64,000 bases of DNA from a virus. Its lineage: Duplodnaviria > Caudoviricetes. Numbering within the stretch: the first letter of the stretch is position 1; each line of letters starts with the position of its first letter. The translations under genes were made by a program, and so were the position numbers. The notes under the pieces were generated by a model. The model was not told where the DNA came from. It saw only the letters and a list, made by a program, of their open reading frames with translations, and made no database searches. This document shows positions 54,639 through 63,950 of this stretch, piece after piece. Where the stretch lies: positions 1-64,000 of IMG/VR virus record IMGVR_UViG_3300037183_000082. One strand, written 5' to 3'.

Positions 54639-54883
54639 GCGCTACAGCGACGTCGCGGAATCGACTTGCTCGAAACGAGCCTGTCGTTGCGCCAGCACTG
54701 TTTGTGACAGTACGTCCTGCCACCCGCTTTGATCTTCACCGGCTCGCAATGCAGCTTCGCCCGAGCCCGCTTGCGCGCGAGACGCCCGAGGCCACGCAAG
54801 CCCGACCGAGGGTGCTTGAGGCACTTCCCAGTCGTCTTGCTCACGCCACGTTTGCAGACACGCTTTTTCACAGCGTCTTGCAT
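54635..54883 (-). CDS. small basic Cys-rich protein
   Basis: CKRGVSKTTGKCLKH, LRGLG, further paired Cys. Confidence 0.65.
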   Translation of the reverse strand: MQDAVKKRVCKRGVSKTTGKCLKHPRSGLRGLGRLARKRARAKLHCEPVKIKAGGRTYCHKQCWRNDRLVSSKSIPRRRCSA

Positions 54884-55221
54884 CCACTGGCGGCGGTGTT
54901 GCGCGTGATCTTGCCGCTGCGACCGCGGCAGATCTCACGACAACGGCGGTTGCCGTAGTGGCTCATCACCACTTTCTTGCAACCCGAGCCGTTGGTGCGC
55001 GAGATGGTGCGTCGCTTGGGGGCTGCGCGCTTGATGCAGCGGCGACTGCCCGAGGCGCGCTTGACGCAACGCCCCTTGCGGGCTCCCTTGGAATGGCTCA
55101 CGACCGGGCCACGCTTGCCGCCGCTCTTGCAGCGCACGAACTTGCCCTTTTTCGGGCCCCGCTCGTACTTGCACAGCTTGCCGCCCACGCGGACAAGGCC
55201 GAGCCCTTTCAGGCTCGCCAT
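54868..55221 (-). CDS. highly basic Cys-rich protein, putative DNA-condensing core protein
   Basis: MASLKGLG, then K/R-rich repeats with paired Cys; GAGG RBS. Confidence 0.7.
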   Translation of the reverse strand: MASLKGLGLVRVGGKLCKYERGPKKGKFVRCKSGGKRGPVVSHSKGARKGRCVKRASGSRRCIKRAAPKRRTISRTNGSGCKKVVMSHYGNRRCREICRGRSGKITRNTAASGCKTL

Positions 55222-55225
55222 GTCC

Positions 55226-55321
55226 TCACCGCCCCTTGCGGCGAGACTTGCGCGACTTGCGCTTGGTGCCCGAGCACTTGGTGAAGCGCCCCTTGGCGGT
55301 ACGGCAGATTCGTCGAGCCAT
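55226..55321 (-). CDS. 31 aa protamine-like peptide (not in the ORF track)
   Basis: MARRICRTAKGRFTKCSGTKRKSRKSRRKGR with a GGGAGGA RBS. Confidence 0.65.
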   Translation of the reverse strand: MARRICRTAKGRFTKCSGTKRKSRKSRRKGR

Positions 55322-55414
55322 GTTGTCCTCCCTGTTCTTGTCGGTGGGGCCCACCGACATTCGGAGGGCTTGCTCGACAGGATATCACGGTGCGTGCGGA
55401 ATCCGCGCGCACGG

Positions 55415-55636
55415 TTAGCGGCGGGGAATTCCCGCAAAGATCAGGTTGTCGGAGCGCTCGCCCGCGTGCCCGAGCCCCACGACCTTCGGGCCGTTGCACC
55501 CGCAGTCGCCGAGCCCTGCTGTCGTGGCAGCTGGCGCGAGTGCGCGTGAACGCATGTAGGCGGCCCAGCCTACCCAGGCTGCGCCGCCGATTCCGAGCAC
55601 CGTCAAAGCGCCCTTCAGGTTGGAGTTTTTCGCCAT
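55415..55636 (-). CDS. small membrane protein
   Basis: N-terminal TM, TAGLG and VVGLG motifs; leaderless promoter. Confidence 0.65.
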   Translation of the reverse strand: MAKNSNLKGALTVLGIGGAAWVGWAAYMRSRALAPAATTAGLGDCGCNGPKVVGLGHAGERSDNLIFAGIPRR

Positions 55637-55690
55637 GCGTAGGAGCGTATCACAGGCCTTTGCGGGCCCGGGCGCGCACCAACCTGTCCT

Positions 55691-56020
55691 TTACACGCCT
55701 TCCCAGAAATCGCCTAGGTTCCACACGTCTTGTACAGCGCTCTTGATCGACGCGATCAGATCGTGTTCCGGCGCGGGGTGCGTCACGAGACCGTTTGCAC
55801 GCTCGCGCCCGTACACAAAAACGCGCGTATCGCTACGTTCAGCAAGCTCACACTGCACTGTGACGCCGGGATAGAGCCCTGAGAGGTACTCGACAACATG
55901 GCGACAGAAGTTCGCTTGATCGTTGTCACTCCATTCACAGCCAGCGTCGGATGACGATTCGACCCGGATCGATCCGAGATTGTTGATAGCGGGCATGGTC
56001 TGTCCTATCTGCACGCCCAT
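55691..56020 (-). CDS. hypothetical protein
   Basis: 109 aa ORF in the minus-strand early cluster. Confidence 0.5.
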   Translation of the reverse strand: MGVQIGQTMPAINNLGSIRVESSSDAGCEWSDNDQANFCRHVVEYLSGLYPGVTVQCELAERSDTRVFVYGRERANGLVTHPAPEHDLIASIKSAVQDVWNLGDFWEGV

Positions 56021-56255
56021 GACGTGCGTTTTTGGCGCCGATCCAAGATCGGCGCGTCACTTCATACACGGCTGAACCTATCGAGAATGCCGCCCTTTAC
56101 AGCGACCTCTTGACTCGCTCTAACGTAAGCAGTCTCATAAAGGTTGTGCTTCCGGGCAGCATCTACGCGGTACGATCCAGCCCACACGCCCGCCGAATCG
56201 TAAAGGGTGACGATTCCGCGAACTTTCGAGACTGTCTCAAGCTTCGCAGTGAACC

Positions 56256-56477
56256 TCACAGCGCGCTCGCTATCGGACGCACTTGGTGCGCGACAAAGCG
56301 AACCTCGCACCCGTCGAATGTACCGCCCACGTGCCGCACGATCGCGCAACCTGTAACAGGCGCCCACCGCACGAACGTGTAGCCAGTGGACCACGCCAAC
56401 AGGGCGGGCGACGCGGCGACGACATGGCCGACCTGCACGGGCTCACCTTCCCGGTACGATACCGTGATGCTTTTCAT
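56256..56477 (-). CDS. small hypothetical protein
   Basis: GAAAGGACAG RBS motif. Confidence 0.55.
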   Translation of the reverse strand: MKSITVSYREGEPVQVGHVVAASPALLAWSTGYTFVRWAPVTGCAIVRHVGGTFDGCEVRFVAHQVRPIASAL

Positions 56478-56531
56478 GGTCTGCTGTCCTTTCACTACAA
56501 GAGACGATCGGCGTGGTGGCGATCTGACACT

Positions 56532-56735
56532 TCAGGTGCGCGAGTAGCGGATCGTCAAACCAGCCTTTAGCCTTTCGATTTCAGCGCGTGTCAGTTTCCT
56601 GCAAGGGACACTCTGCTTTCTTGCCGCGCCATGTGATGCGCAGTAGCTGTAGCCCTTGTTGTCGATGTGAGTCACGGTGCAGGTGCAAGCCGTTGTCATA
56701 TCGCACTGAAGCGCACCTGTTTTTTCATTGAACAT
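56532..56735 (-). CDS. small Cys/His protein
   Basis: GAAAGGACAG RBS; C...C...YC-SH. Confidence 0.6.
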   Translation of the reverse strand: MFNEKTGALQCDMTTACTCTVTHIDNKGYSYCASHGAARKQSVPCRKLTRAEIERLKAGLTIRYSRT

Positions 56736-56755
56736 GGTCGTGCTGTCCTTTCGAG

Positions 56756-56947
56756 CTAGCGCACCTTTACAACGGTGATCTGATACTCGGATCCGTCGCT
56801 CCCGTAGCGCACGACGATCCCGTCGTCTTCCGTGAGCAAGTTCGCTTCTGCGAACGTCCGAACGTGCACAGTCTGATCACCGTTCGGCAGTAGCTCTAGA
56901 TCGACTAGCGCGTGGGCGAGCCGTTGCGCCATCTCGTAGTCGGTCAC
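56756..56947 (-). CDS. small hypothetical protein
   Basis: GTGA-coupled ORF. Confidence 0.55.
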   Translation of the reverse strand: MTDYEMAQRLAHALVDLELLPNGDQTVHVRTFAEANLLTEDDGIVVRYGSDGSEYQITVVKVR

Positions 56948-57207
56948 GGTCCGTACCCCTCTCCCTCATAGGCGCCTGTAGCGCTTGCCGTGATCTCGTG
57001 GCGATCCGCGTCGTAAGCGCGGCGGGCGTCGCCGATCCTTTCGAGCGCCTGATCCCAGGTGAGCGTCCCTTCGACGTCGCGCGCGCGCCTGATGTGGCGC
57101 AGCTCATCCTGAAATTCCGCCGCGCGGGCGGCCAGCGTGGTTTGTAGGTGGTTAGGCACGGTGACCTGCCTTTCGTGCGATTTCGCGGTCAAGGCGCCTA
57201 CTTTCAT
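56944..57207 (-). CDS. small hypothetical protein
   Basis: ORF in the cluster. Confidence 0.45.
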   Translation of the reverse strand: MKVGALTAKSHERQVTVPNHLQTTLAARAAEFQDELRHIRRARDVEGTLTWDQALERIGDARRAYDADRHEITASATGAYEGEGYGP

Positions 57208-57370
57208 CGGCGCACAGCTCGCTTTGTCCGGCGTAGGCCTGTTGGGCTTGCCGACACACGCGCCCGTCGGGCCGATCGTGGTCGCGCATAAAGCCGGCGT
57301 AGTCTGTAGACCACGTGCGAGCCTTGCAGTGCGGACACTGGATCCGCGTGTCGACGTTCAGGCGTGCCAT
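57152..57370 (-). CDS. small zinc-finger protein
   Basis: CPHC...H..PDGRVC; AAAGGA RBS. Confidence 0.5.
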   Translation of the reverse strand: MARLNVDTRIQCPHCKARTWSTDYAGFMRDHDRPDGRVCRQAQQAYAGQSELCADESRRLDREIARKAGHRA

Positions 57371-57375
57371 GGCGA

Positions 57376-57744
57376 TCACCCGATCCTTTCGATCTTGCGT
57401 TCAGCGTCGGTGCCGTTGGCGACCAGCGACAGCACGTAGGCTCCCGCGTCGAACAAGAAAGCGTGTTCAGCAATCGGTTCGTTGCCCGAACGTCGTGCGA
57501 TCGAAAGGATCCCGATCGCGACGCCCATTTGACGCTCCGCACGGGCAAGCGTGATCAGTCGATCGCGAAAGGTGGCCGCGTCTAGGCAAGCGCGGTAGGC
57601 GCTAGCAGCCGTGGAAAGCGCTTCAAGATACTGGAACCACGCCGGTTCAAGCGAGCGTTCAAAGGTTTCGTTCTCGTAGACTTCTGCAATTTCGTTCAGC
57701 CTACGGATCAGATCGTGCGTCGACATGCTTGCAACGGAAGTCAT
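57376..57744 (-). CDS. hypothetical protein
   Basis: GAAAGGACAG RBS motif. Confidence 0.6.
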   Translation of the reverse strand: MTSVASMSTHDLIRRLNEIAEVYENETFERSLEPAWFQYLEALSTAASAYRACLDAATFRDRLITLARAERQMGVAIGILSIARRSGNEPIAEHAFLFDAGAYVLSLVANGTDAERKIERIG

Positions 57745-57795
57745 GGTCCTACTGTCCTTTCGTGTCCAGATTGACGGGCAAGCTTGCCCGGGTAT

Positions 57796-58164
57796 TCAGT
57801 CGATTTTCGCGGATTCCGCCGCGCGCTTTGCGTTGTTACGCTCGAAAGTTGCGGTGTACTCCGCAGCGCGAACCCACGACGCAGCTTTCAGGAAGGCGAC
57901 AAAAGCAGACTCGCCCATAGGAGCCATTTGCGGAAAGTCGCTGCAGCGGGGAATGCGGACACAAACACGAAACTTGCGTTTCTCTTCTGAGATCACGTGC
58001 GTCGCTTCGTTCAGATCGCGCGCGATCACGTCGGACCAATAACCGTGAACTTGACTCGGGAGCACGCGCAAGTCCGCTTCGGAGAGGTACAGACGTGATG
58101 CAGACGCGTCAACCTTGGCTTGCCGGACGTACTCTAGAGCCGCTTCAATCGTTTCGAGCTTCAT
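57796..58164 (-). CDS. hypothetical protein
   Basis: GGGAG RBS before MKLETIE. Confidence 0.55.
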   Translation of the reverse strand: MKLETIEAALEYVRQAKVDASASRLYLSEADLRVLPSQVHGYWSDVIARDLNEATHVISEEKRKFRVCVRIPRCSDFPQMAPMGESAFVAFLKAASWVRAAEYTATFERNNAKRAAESAKID

Positions 58165-58213
58165 TGTCCGTACTCCCTGTGTTCTGTCCAGATTGACGCT
58201 AGAGTCTGTTCGG

Positions 58214-58417
58214 CTATTCAGCCTGCAAGGCGAGATCATCGATCGCGATCTTGCGCCAATCGCCGATCTGCCGGTCCCACACAGTGACGCTAGGCGCGAA
58301 TCCAAGCTCGACAAGCTCGATTGCGTACGCGTAGGCACGCGTTGCCGTGAAAAACTCGCGTCTATCGGCCTCATGCGTAGGATTCTCGACTTTGATTTCA
58401 GCTGTGCAAAATGACAC
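58214..58417 (-). CDS. small hypothetical protein
   Basis: First gene of the leftward early cluster. Confidence 0.5.
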   Translation of the reverse strand: MSFCTAEIKVENPTHEADRREFFTATRAYAYAIELVELGFAPSVTVWDRQIGDWRKIAIDDLALQAE

Positions 58418-58630
58418 GGCGCGCTCCTAGTTTGGGCCCGGTTCTACCCGGGTTTCATGTCAGACTTTGCCGTGTCCAGATTTATTCAAATCTTGTTGTG
58501 TTACTATGGTAACACAAAAGAACTTGGCTAGGATTGAATAACTGTCCAGACTGGCCCGTCTATCTTGCCGTAACGAGAACCTGGCACGGTCCTGAAACCG
58601 TGGCCACACGGAAGCAAGGCAAGCTGAACC
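58418..58630. promoter_or_regulatory. AT-rich divergent control region
   Basis: Local AT rise, gene orientation switch, two TGTCCAGAYT boxes (58473, 58543). Confidence 0.6.
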
Positions 58631-58861
58631 ATGGACATTCCGGTCATACCCGTAGCATCCACGGCAGTACGGATCCGAGTCACGGATCAGGGTCAGTACC
58701 TGGCCGTGATTCCGTGGACGTGGACCGACGATTACGGTTCACCCCTGGCCGGCGTAGTGGACGCGATCCGCGATGCCCTTCGGATCCGTGACGTGCGTTG
58801 CCCGTGTCTCACGGTTTACGACTCGGCAGATAGCCGAGTCTTTGATCTCACCTTCGGTTGA
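58631..58861 (+). CDS. small hypothetical protein
   Basis: First gene of the rightward early cluster. Confidence 0.5.
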   Translation: MDIPVIPVASTAVRIRVTDQGQYLAVIPWTWTDDYGSPLAGVVDAIRDALRIRDVRCPCLTVYDSADSRVFDLTFG

Positions 58862-58876
58862 AAGGACAGAACGACC

Positions 58877-59239
58877 ATGGCTCCCAGAAAGTCTGCACTG
58901 ACACAACGGCTTGAAACCGAGCTAGCTACCGCGAAGCACGAGCTTGCCGCGGCCCATGAATGGTTCACGTTGACGCAACGCGCGGCCCCTCCGATCTATC
59001 TGGCCATCACGCTGGACTGGACTGGAACGGGTGACGATACGCGCACAATCCTTGTGACGGTCCTGGGGCCCGAACGTATGTGCGGTGGAGTCGCGATCGT
59101 GACTGACGCAAGCCCGGACTATCCTCGGTTTCTTGGCGGATTGATCGTGGACTGGCAACGGTCGCCCTACTGGGAGTTACGGGAAGCTGCGGTCAAGCTG
59201 CAACGGATTCAAACCGACGCAGTAAGCAAGGTCGGGTGA
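58877..59239 (+). CDS. hypothetical protein
   Basis: GAAAGGACAG RBS motif. Confidence 0.65.
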   Translation: MAPRKSALTQRLETELATAKHELAAAHEWFTLTQRAAPPIYLAITLDWTGTGDDTRTILVTVLGPERMCGGVAIVTDASPDYPRFLGGLIVDWQRSPYWELREAAVKLQRIQTDAVSKVG

Positions 59240-59590
59240 AGCTGTGGGCCCGACCTTCGATCCTACCGTCGCGATCTTCCGCTTGGCCGTCAAGCTCTCG
59301 GTTGGCGCAGTGATCCAGCTTCCCGACAGCACGGGCCAAGTTTTCAGCGTGGGCCCATACCTCACGGCATGCGGAGACTGGTCTACCCGGTTTGCTGCGT
59401 TCGTTGGGCCTGAGATCTGGCCTATCGCCGATGCCTGCGACGGGGCCCGGCTTGCCGCCCAGCTGGCTTGCCCGGTCGCCTTGCAGGCCTGGCTGAACGA
59501 GCATGCGGCCTGAACTTTCTTTGTCCAGACTTAGAATAGAGTCTGGCCAGTATCGTCTCAAGTAGCGAACCTGAACACGGAGCTAGGGCC

Positions 59591-59827
59591 ATGGAGTACG
59601 TCGCACGCAAGAATCAACACGGGCAGACCTGCATCATTCAGGCACACACGGCAGATCTCCCCCACGTTTCAGTGAGTTTCTACGATGGTGGGATCTACAT
59701 GGGCGGGGAATGCGCGGTGCTTCCCGGCGAGACGAACGAACAGGCAGCACTGCGCGCGTTTGGGCGCCGGATCGCTAACAAGTGGCTCGACACGTTGACC
59801 GTCACCCCGATCGTTTGGCGCAGCTAG
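59591..59827 (+). CDS. small hypothetical protein
   Basis: ORF downstream of a TGTCCAGACT box. Confidence 0.5.
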   Translation: MEYVARKNQHGQTCIIQAHTADLPHVSVSFYDGGIYMGGECAVLPGETNEQAALRAFGRRIANKWLDTLTVTPIVWRS

Positions 59828-59921
59828 TTCGCTTGATCCTCCGCCCTGCAAGCGAGCCTGCAAGGTTCGCGCGGTAGGTACGCACGATCACACGGTACGA
59901 AACGAAAGGACAGAAACGACC

Positions 59922-60497
59922 ATGGCACTGATTGAAGCGCTTGCGCGGGCCGTAGCTCGCGAGTTGTCTGCGGGCGACACGGAAACGTGGGTTGCGACCT
60001 GTCAGGCCGACCCGGAACGGGCCCGCATTCAGCGTGGCATGTCGACTTTCGCGGTACGCCTGTACCGTGAATGGGGCAGCAAGGGCCGTTTCACGGTCTG
60101 CGCAGACTTGCCGAGCAAGGGCCCCACGGGTAGCTCACTTTCCGTGCTCCGCTACAACGAAAAGCTTGCGGAGATCACGGTAGCAGATACGCGCACGCCG
60201 ACGGCCATCGCAAACGAGATCCGGCGTCGCTTGCTCCCGACGGCACTTGTTCAGCACGATCAAGCCGTAGCGATTGTGCGCAACGCATGGGAGTACGCGG
60301 AAACCACGGATCGCGTGGCGCGCAAGCTTGCCAAGTTCGGCCACACGGGAAGCAATCCCGACGCGATCCACGTGACGGACGGGCCCACTGTGCATGTGCA
60401 AGGCAACTCGGTTCGGTTTGAAACCTTCTACGTGCCTGCAGACCTGGCAGAGAAACTCTTGACCGTGCTCGCAGCGGAGACTCGGAAGGCGAGCTAG
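59922..60497 (+). CDS. hypothetical protein
   Basis: GAAAGGACAG RBS motif; 191 aa. Confidence 0.7.
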   Translation: MALIEALARAVARELSAGDTETWVATCQADPERARIQRGMSTFAVRLYREWGSKGRFTVCADLPSKGPTGSSLSVLRYNEKLAEITVADTRTPTAIANEIRRRLLPTALVQHDQAVAIVRNAWEYAETTDRVARKLAKFGHTGSNPDAIHVTDGPTVHVQGNSVRFETFYVPADLAEKLLTVLAAETRKAS

Positions 60498-60580
60498 GTC
60501 TACCGCCCGCCCCTGCCCGTGAGCCGCAAGGCTCGCGCTACAGCTGCGAACGGTTCACCCGTTGAAAGGACAGATCGACC

Positions 60581-61117
60581 ATGGCCCCGAAGCGAACCAA
60601 AAAAGCCAAGTCGGACACGCGCGCGCAGCTCCATGCGGCTCGGGTCGCGTTGCGGGAAGCGCGCAACGCCCATGCGCGGGACACCACGCGACGCACCTAC
60701 GATGGCGCGACCTTGCGCGACGATATCGAGCTTGCGCGCGCGGCTGTAACGGACGCCACGAACGAGATCAAGACTGTGATCGATGGCTACCAGGCCTTGA
60801 TCGCGCGCTACGCGAGCGCGCTAGATCTGTTCGGCACGGGTGAGCACTGCGAGCACCTGCTAGGTGTGGCGGCAGAAGCGCGGGGCCTTGCGGACTCGGC
60901 AGAGAATCGCTTGACTGAGTTGTCAGAAGCAATCGAAGCGCACGAAAGCGAGCTAGACGACACTCACAATCTGATCGCAAGTGAGCTTGACGCCGCGATC
61001 GCCCTTGCGCGTGCAGTCCAGGCACCCCAGCTGCGCCCTAGCACGTGGGAGACCCTTGAAGATCAGGCCTATCGCGTCGAGAACGAGCTGCGCGATCTGA
61101 CAGTCGGGGTGTTGTGA
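60581..61117 (+). CDS. coiled-coil hypothetical protein
   Basis: GAAAGGACAG RBS motif; heptad-rich. Confidence 0.7.
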   Translation: MAPKRTKKAKSDTRAQLHAARVALREARNAHARDTTRRTYDGATLRDDIELARAAVTDATNEIKTVIDGYQALIARYASALDLFGTGEHCEHLLGVAAEARGLADSAENRLTELSEAIEAHESELDDTHNLIASELDAAIALARAVQAPQLRPSTWETLEDQAYRVENELRDLTVGVL

Positions 61118-61407
61118 TGGCAAGCGAGCGCGATCCAGGCACGAAAACGACCGTGCCCTTCCATATCTGGAAACATAACGTGCAGATCGCAGCGATCGCG
61201 CAAGGTGCTCCCGGCGAGCTTGTGATGCAGCTCGGCGACGAGATCACTGCGTGCGGGCAGCCGCGCCTGGCCCTTTGGTACAACACAGGGGAGCCGATCT
61301 GGATGGCTGCGCAATCGCTTGCGTTTCTCGCGAAGGGCCACGCGTTGCACGCGCGCGCCGAAAGCGATCTGAACTTCCGCCGCATGCTGGGGCGCAAAAA
61401 GTTTTGA
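61114..61407 (+). CDS. hypothetical protein
   Basis: GTGA-coupled ORF. Confidence 0.55.
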   Translation: MMASERDPGTKTTVPFHIWKHNVQIAAIAQGAPGELVMQLGDEITACGQPRLALWYNTGEPIWMAAQSLAFLAKGHALHARAESDLNFRRMLGRKKF

Positions 61408-61487
61408 ATCTTCGTCAAGATTGCACGTCAGTCTTGACAACGAACAAACAACGGGGCTACACCAAGGGAGCCCAAAAGGACACGACC

Positions 61488-62648
61488 ATGCCCGCCGCGC
61501 CCATTCAAGCTACCGTCACACGCAGCGCCACGACCAAAGCGACCACGCTCAATGCGGCCAGTCGGCAGTTTGCGAACCGTCCCGCAGACGAGCGTTACGC
61601 GACGCTCGACGCCCTGTTGACGGCGACGCGACGACACGCGCGGGTGGCTGTGAGCAAGCCGATCAAGCTCAACCAGTGCGCGGCGGTTGTAGACCACGAT
61701 GGCGCGCTGGCCGTGCGCGGGCCCCAGGGCGGAATCGTCCAGCCGAACCATTGGGCGTTCGGACAGATCTGCGGCTTGACCGCAACGCCAGCCCACTACC
61801 TCCGCACGCTCCCGACGCTTCTAGCCGCCGAGTGCCTGAACAACGGCTTGAAAGCCGACGATGGCACCGATCGCCACATGCTGATCGACGTCGAGCACCG
61901 CACCTTGCGCGCGGTCAACGGCAAGGCCTACCGCCGGATCTGGAATTACGAAGTCGTCGAGCAGCTCGTACAGCTGCGCGAGCGCTGCCCGTCGTGGCAG
62001 TTTCCCGAACCGTTCCGCACCGTGGGCGGCAAGGCTGCAAACGCGTGGGGCCCGGCCGATGGGAAGCAGGTCCCGGTCGCTTTCGCCTCAGATCGCGACA
62101 TGTTCGCCTTCCTCGTCGACTATGAACACCCGATCGAGGTCAACGGCACGCCCCTCGCCCGCGGCTTTTTTGCCGAAAACTCCGAAGTTGGTGACGCTTC
62201 TTTCAAGTTGACCACGTTCCTTTTTGACTTCGTGTGCTCCAACATTCTCGTGTGGGGTGCTCGCAACGTGTGTGAGATCGCGATCCGCCACACGGGCCGC
62301 GCGCGTGACCGCGTGCTTGCAGCCGACAGCGACGTGATCGAGCACCTGCGCGCCTACGCAGCCACGCCGGCCAGCGTGCAACAGGCGCAGATCCAGAAAG
62401 CGCAAACGCTCGTGCTGGGCGACGATCGCAACGATGTGATCGGCAAGCTCTTTGCCAAGCTCGACGTCTCGCGCACCAGCCTGGAAGCTGCGTACACGGT
62501 AGCCGAGCAAACGCCGCGCTACGGCGACCCCAGCACCGCGTGGGCCATGGCAAACGGGCTTACCGAGGTCTCGCAACAGGCGCCGCACGCAGACGAGCGG
62601 ATCAAGCTCGACCGCGCGGCGGGGGAGATCCTGGACTTCGCTTTCTGA
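61488..62648 (+). CDS. DUF932-family protein
   Basis: SDRDMFAFL, RGFFAENSEVG..F.L..FLF..VC-N, IRHTG, TAW..ANGLT. Confidence 0.8.
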   Translation: MPAAPIQATVTRSATTKATTLNAASRQFANRPADERYATLDALLTATRRHARVAVSKPIKLNQCAAVVDHDGALAVRGPQGGIVQPNHWAFGQICGLTATPAHYLRTLPTLLAAECLNNGLKADDGTDRHMLIDVEHRTLRAVNGKAYRRIWNYEVVEQLVQLRERCPSWQFPEPFRTVGGKAANAWGPADGKQVPVAFASDRDMFAFLVDYEHPIEVNGTPLARGFFAENSEVGDASFKLTTFLFDFVCSNILVWGARNVCEIAIRHTGRARDRVLAADSDVIEHLRAYAATPASVQQAQIQKAQTLVLGDDRNDVIGKLFAKLDVSRTSLEAAYTVAEQTPRYGDPSTAWAMANGLTEVSQQAPHADERIKLDRAAGEILDFAF

Positions 62649-62739
62649 AAGGGTGCGCGGCTTTCCGCGTTGCCGCGTGCTGGGGGTGAGAGGCCCGGCA
62701 CGCGGCAGATCGGAAGGGACGAAAGGACAGACCAAGACC

Positions 62740-63099
62740 ATGGCACCGAGAAAAAAGAAGGCTGTACCCGAGGTCTCTACAACCACCGCACACTGGCTTG
62801 AGCAAGCACGCGCGATCGCGAATGTGGCGCACATTCTCGGGGAGGTCCCGGACCTATTCCGTGACGAGCCAAGTGGTCCACGCGGAATTGGTTGGAGCGA
62901 CTGGGGCATCAAAATCACCTTCGATAGGGACGGCGCAGCCTTGCGCATCCTGTTCGACGAACCGCCCGAGTCCACGACCACGCTCGCGGTGCTGGGCTAC
63001 GCCGCAAAGCAGCAGATCGCTGTCGTGATCTTCAACAGCAACGGGCGCACCGAGATCACAACAACCGACGGGCCTACGCCCGATCGGAGCGCGAACTAG
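62740..63099 (+). CDS. hypothetical protein
   Basis: GAAAGGACAG RBS before MAPRKKK. Confidence 0.6.
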   Translation: MAPRKKKAVPEVSTTTAHWLEQARAIANVAHILGEVPDLFRDEPSGPRGIGWSDWGIKITFDRDGAALRILFDEPPESTTTLAVLGYAAKQQIAVVIFNSNGRTEITTTDGPTPDRSAN

Positions 63100-63127
63100 A
63101 CCGAATGACTGACAGGGGGACACGACC

Positions 63128-63358
63128 ATGGGGGTTTTTGAAGGCTTCACCCGCGATGAGCTGGCCGAAGCGGTAGTCGACTTGCTTGCGCTCGCAGCGG
63201 TAGCGCGTAGGCGTGCAGGGCTCACGGAAAAAGAAATCAGAGCACTCAGCCCGACGATCGCAGTGCGCGCCAACGATCTGGAGCGCACCGAGTGCCCACA
63301 CTGCGTGGGCGCAGCGGAAATTCTGCGCGCGCCGGTCAAGGAAGGGTTCGACGCATGA
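63128..63358 (+). CDS. small hypothetical protein
   Basis: GGGGGA RBS; CPHC. Confidence 0.55.
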   Translation: MGVFEGFTRDELAEAVVDLLALAAVARRRAGLTEKEIRALSPTIAVRANDLERTECPHCVGAAEILRAPVKEGFDA

Positions 63359-63591
63359 CACCGATCCTAACGCTGTATCTGTGCGTGGCGGCTGTCTGGC
63401 GCCATCGGCTCATGCTGCGCCACAGCAAGCTGAGTCACACGGTTGTGGCGTCGCAGCGGGAGGGCTCCTATCGCTTCTCGACCATGGCGCACCGTGAACG
63501 CAGCGCCATCGCACGCACGATCGCGATCGTCGACTTGAGTTTGTTCGCCGCTGCGGTGCTCGCAATTTGGCGTCTCGGGACGGGGCTATGA
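63355..63591 (+). CDS. small two-TM membrane protein
   Basis: ATGA-coupled; hydrophobic ends. Confidence 0.5.
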   Translation: MTPILTLYLCVAAVWRHRLMLRHSKLSHTVVASQREGSYRFSTMAHRERSAIARTIAIVDLSLFAAAVLAIWRLGTGL

Positions 63592-63950
63592 TCGATCCCG
63601 CGCTCACCTTCGACTCGACCGATCTGGCCGTTCAGGCCCGGGAGCGCCTGTTGCGGCTCGGCGTGGCCTACACCGTGCGCGGCAATCTGATCCGCTACTG
63701 GTTGATCGGACCTTCCGCAATGGCGACCGAGCAGCTCGGAAAGACGTGGAGCGCGCGCTTGCATCGGCCGTTCACGCACTTGGCTGTCGGCCACATCCGG
63801 GAGACCGCGGCCCGGCAAGTGGCCGTCACGTTTCACTTTCTGCACCTCCCACGCGATGCAGGCTTGTCCCGCCAGTGGGCGATCTTGCCGATTCGACACG
63901 AGGATCTGAATCCGAAAGACTTCGCGAAAGTCTTACCACTCAGGAGCTAA
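63588..63950 (+). CDS. hypothetical protein
   Basis: ATGA-coupled ORF. Confidence 0.55.
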   Translation: MIDPALTFDSTDLAVQARERLLRLGVAYTVRGNLIRYWLIGPSAMATEQLGKTWSARLHRPFTHLAVGHIRETAARQVAVTFHFLHLPRDAGLSRQWAILPIRHEDLNPKDFAKVLPLRS

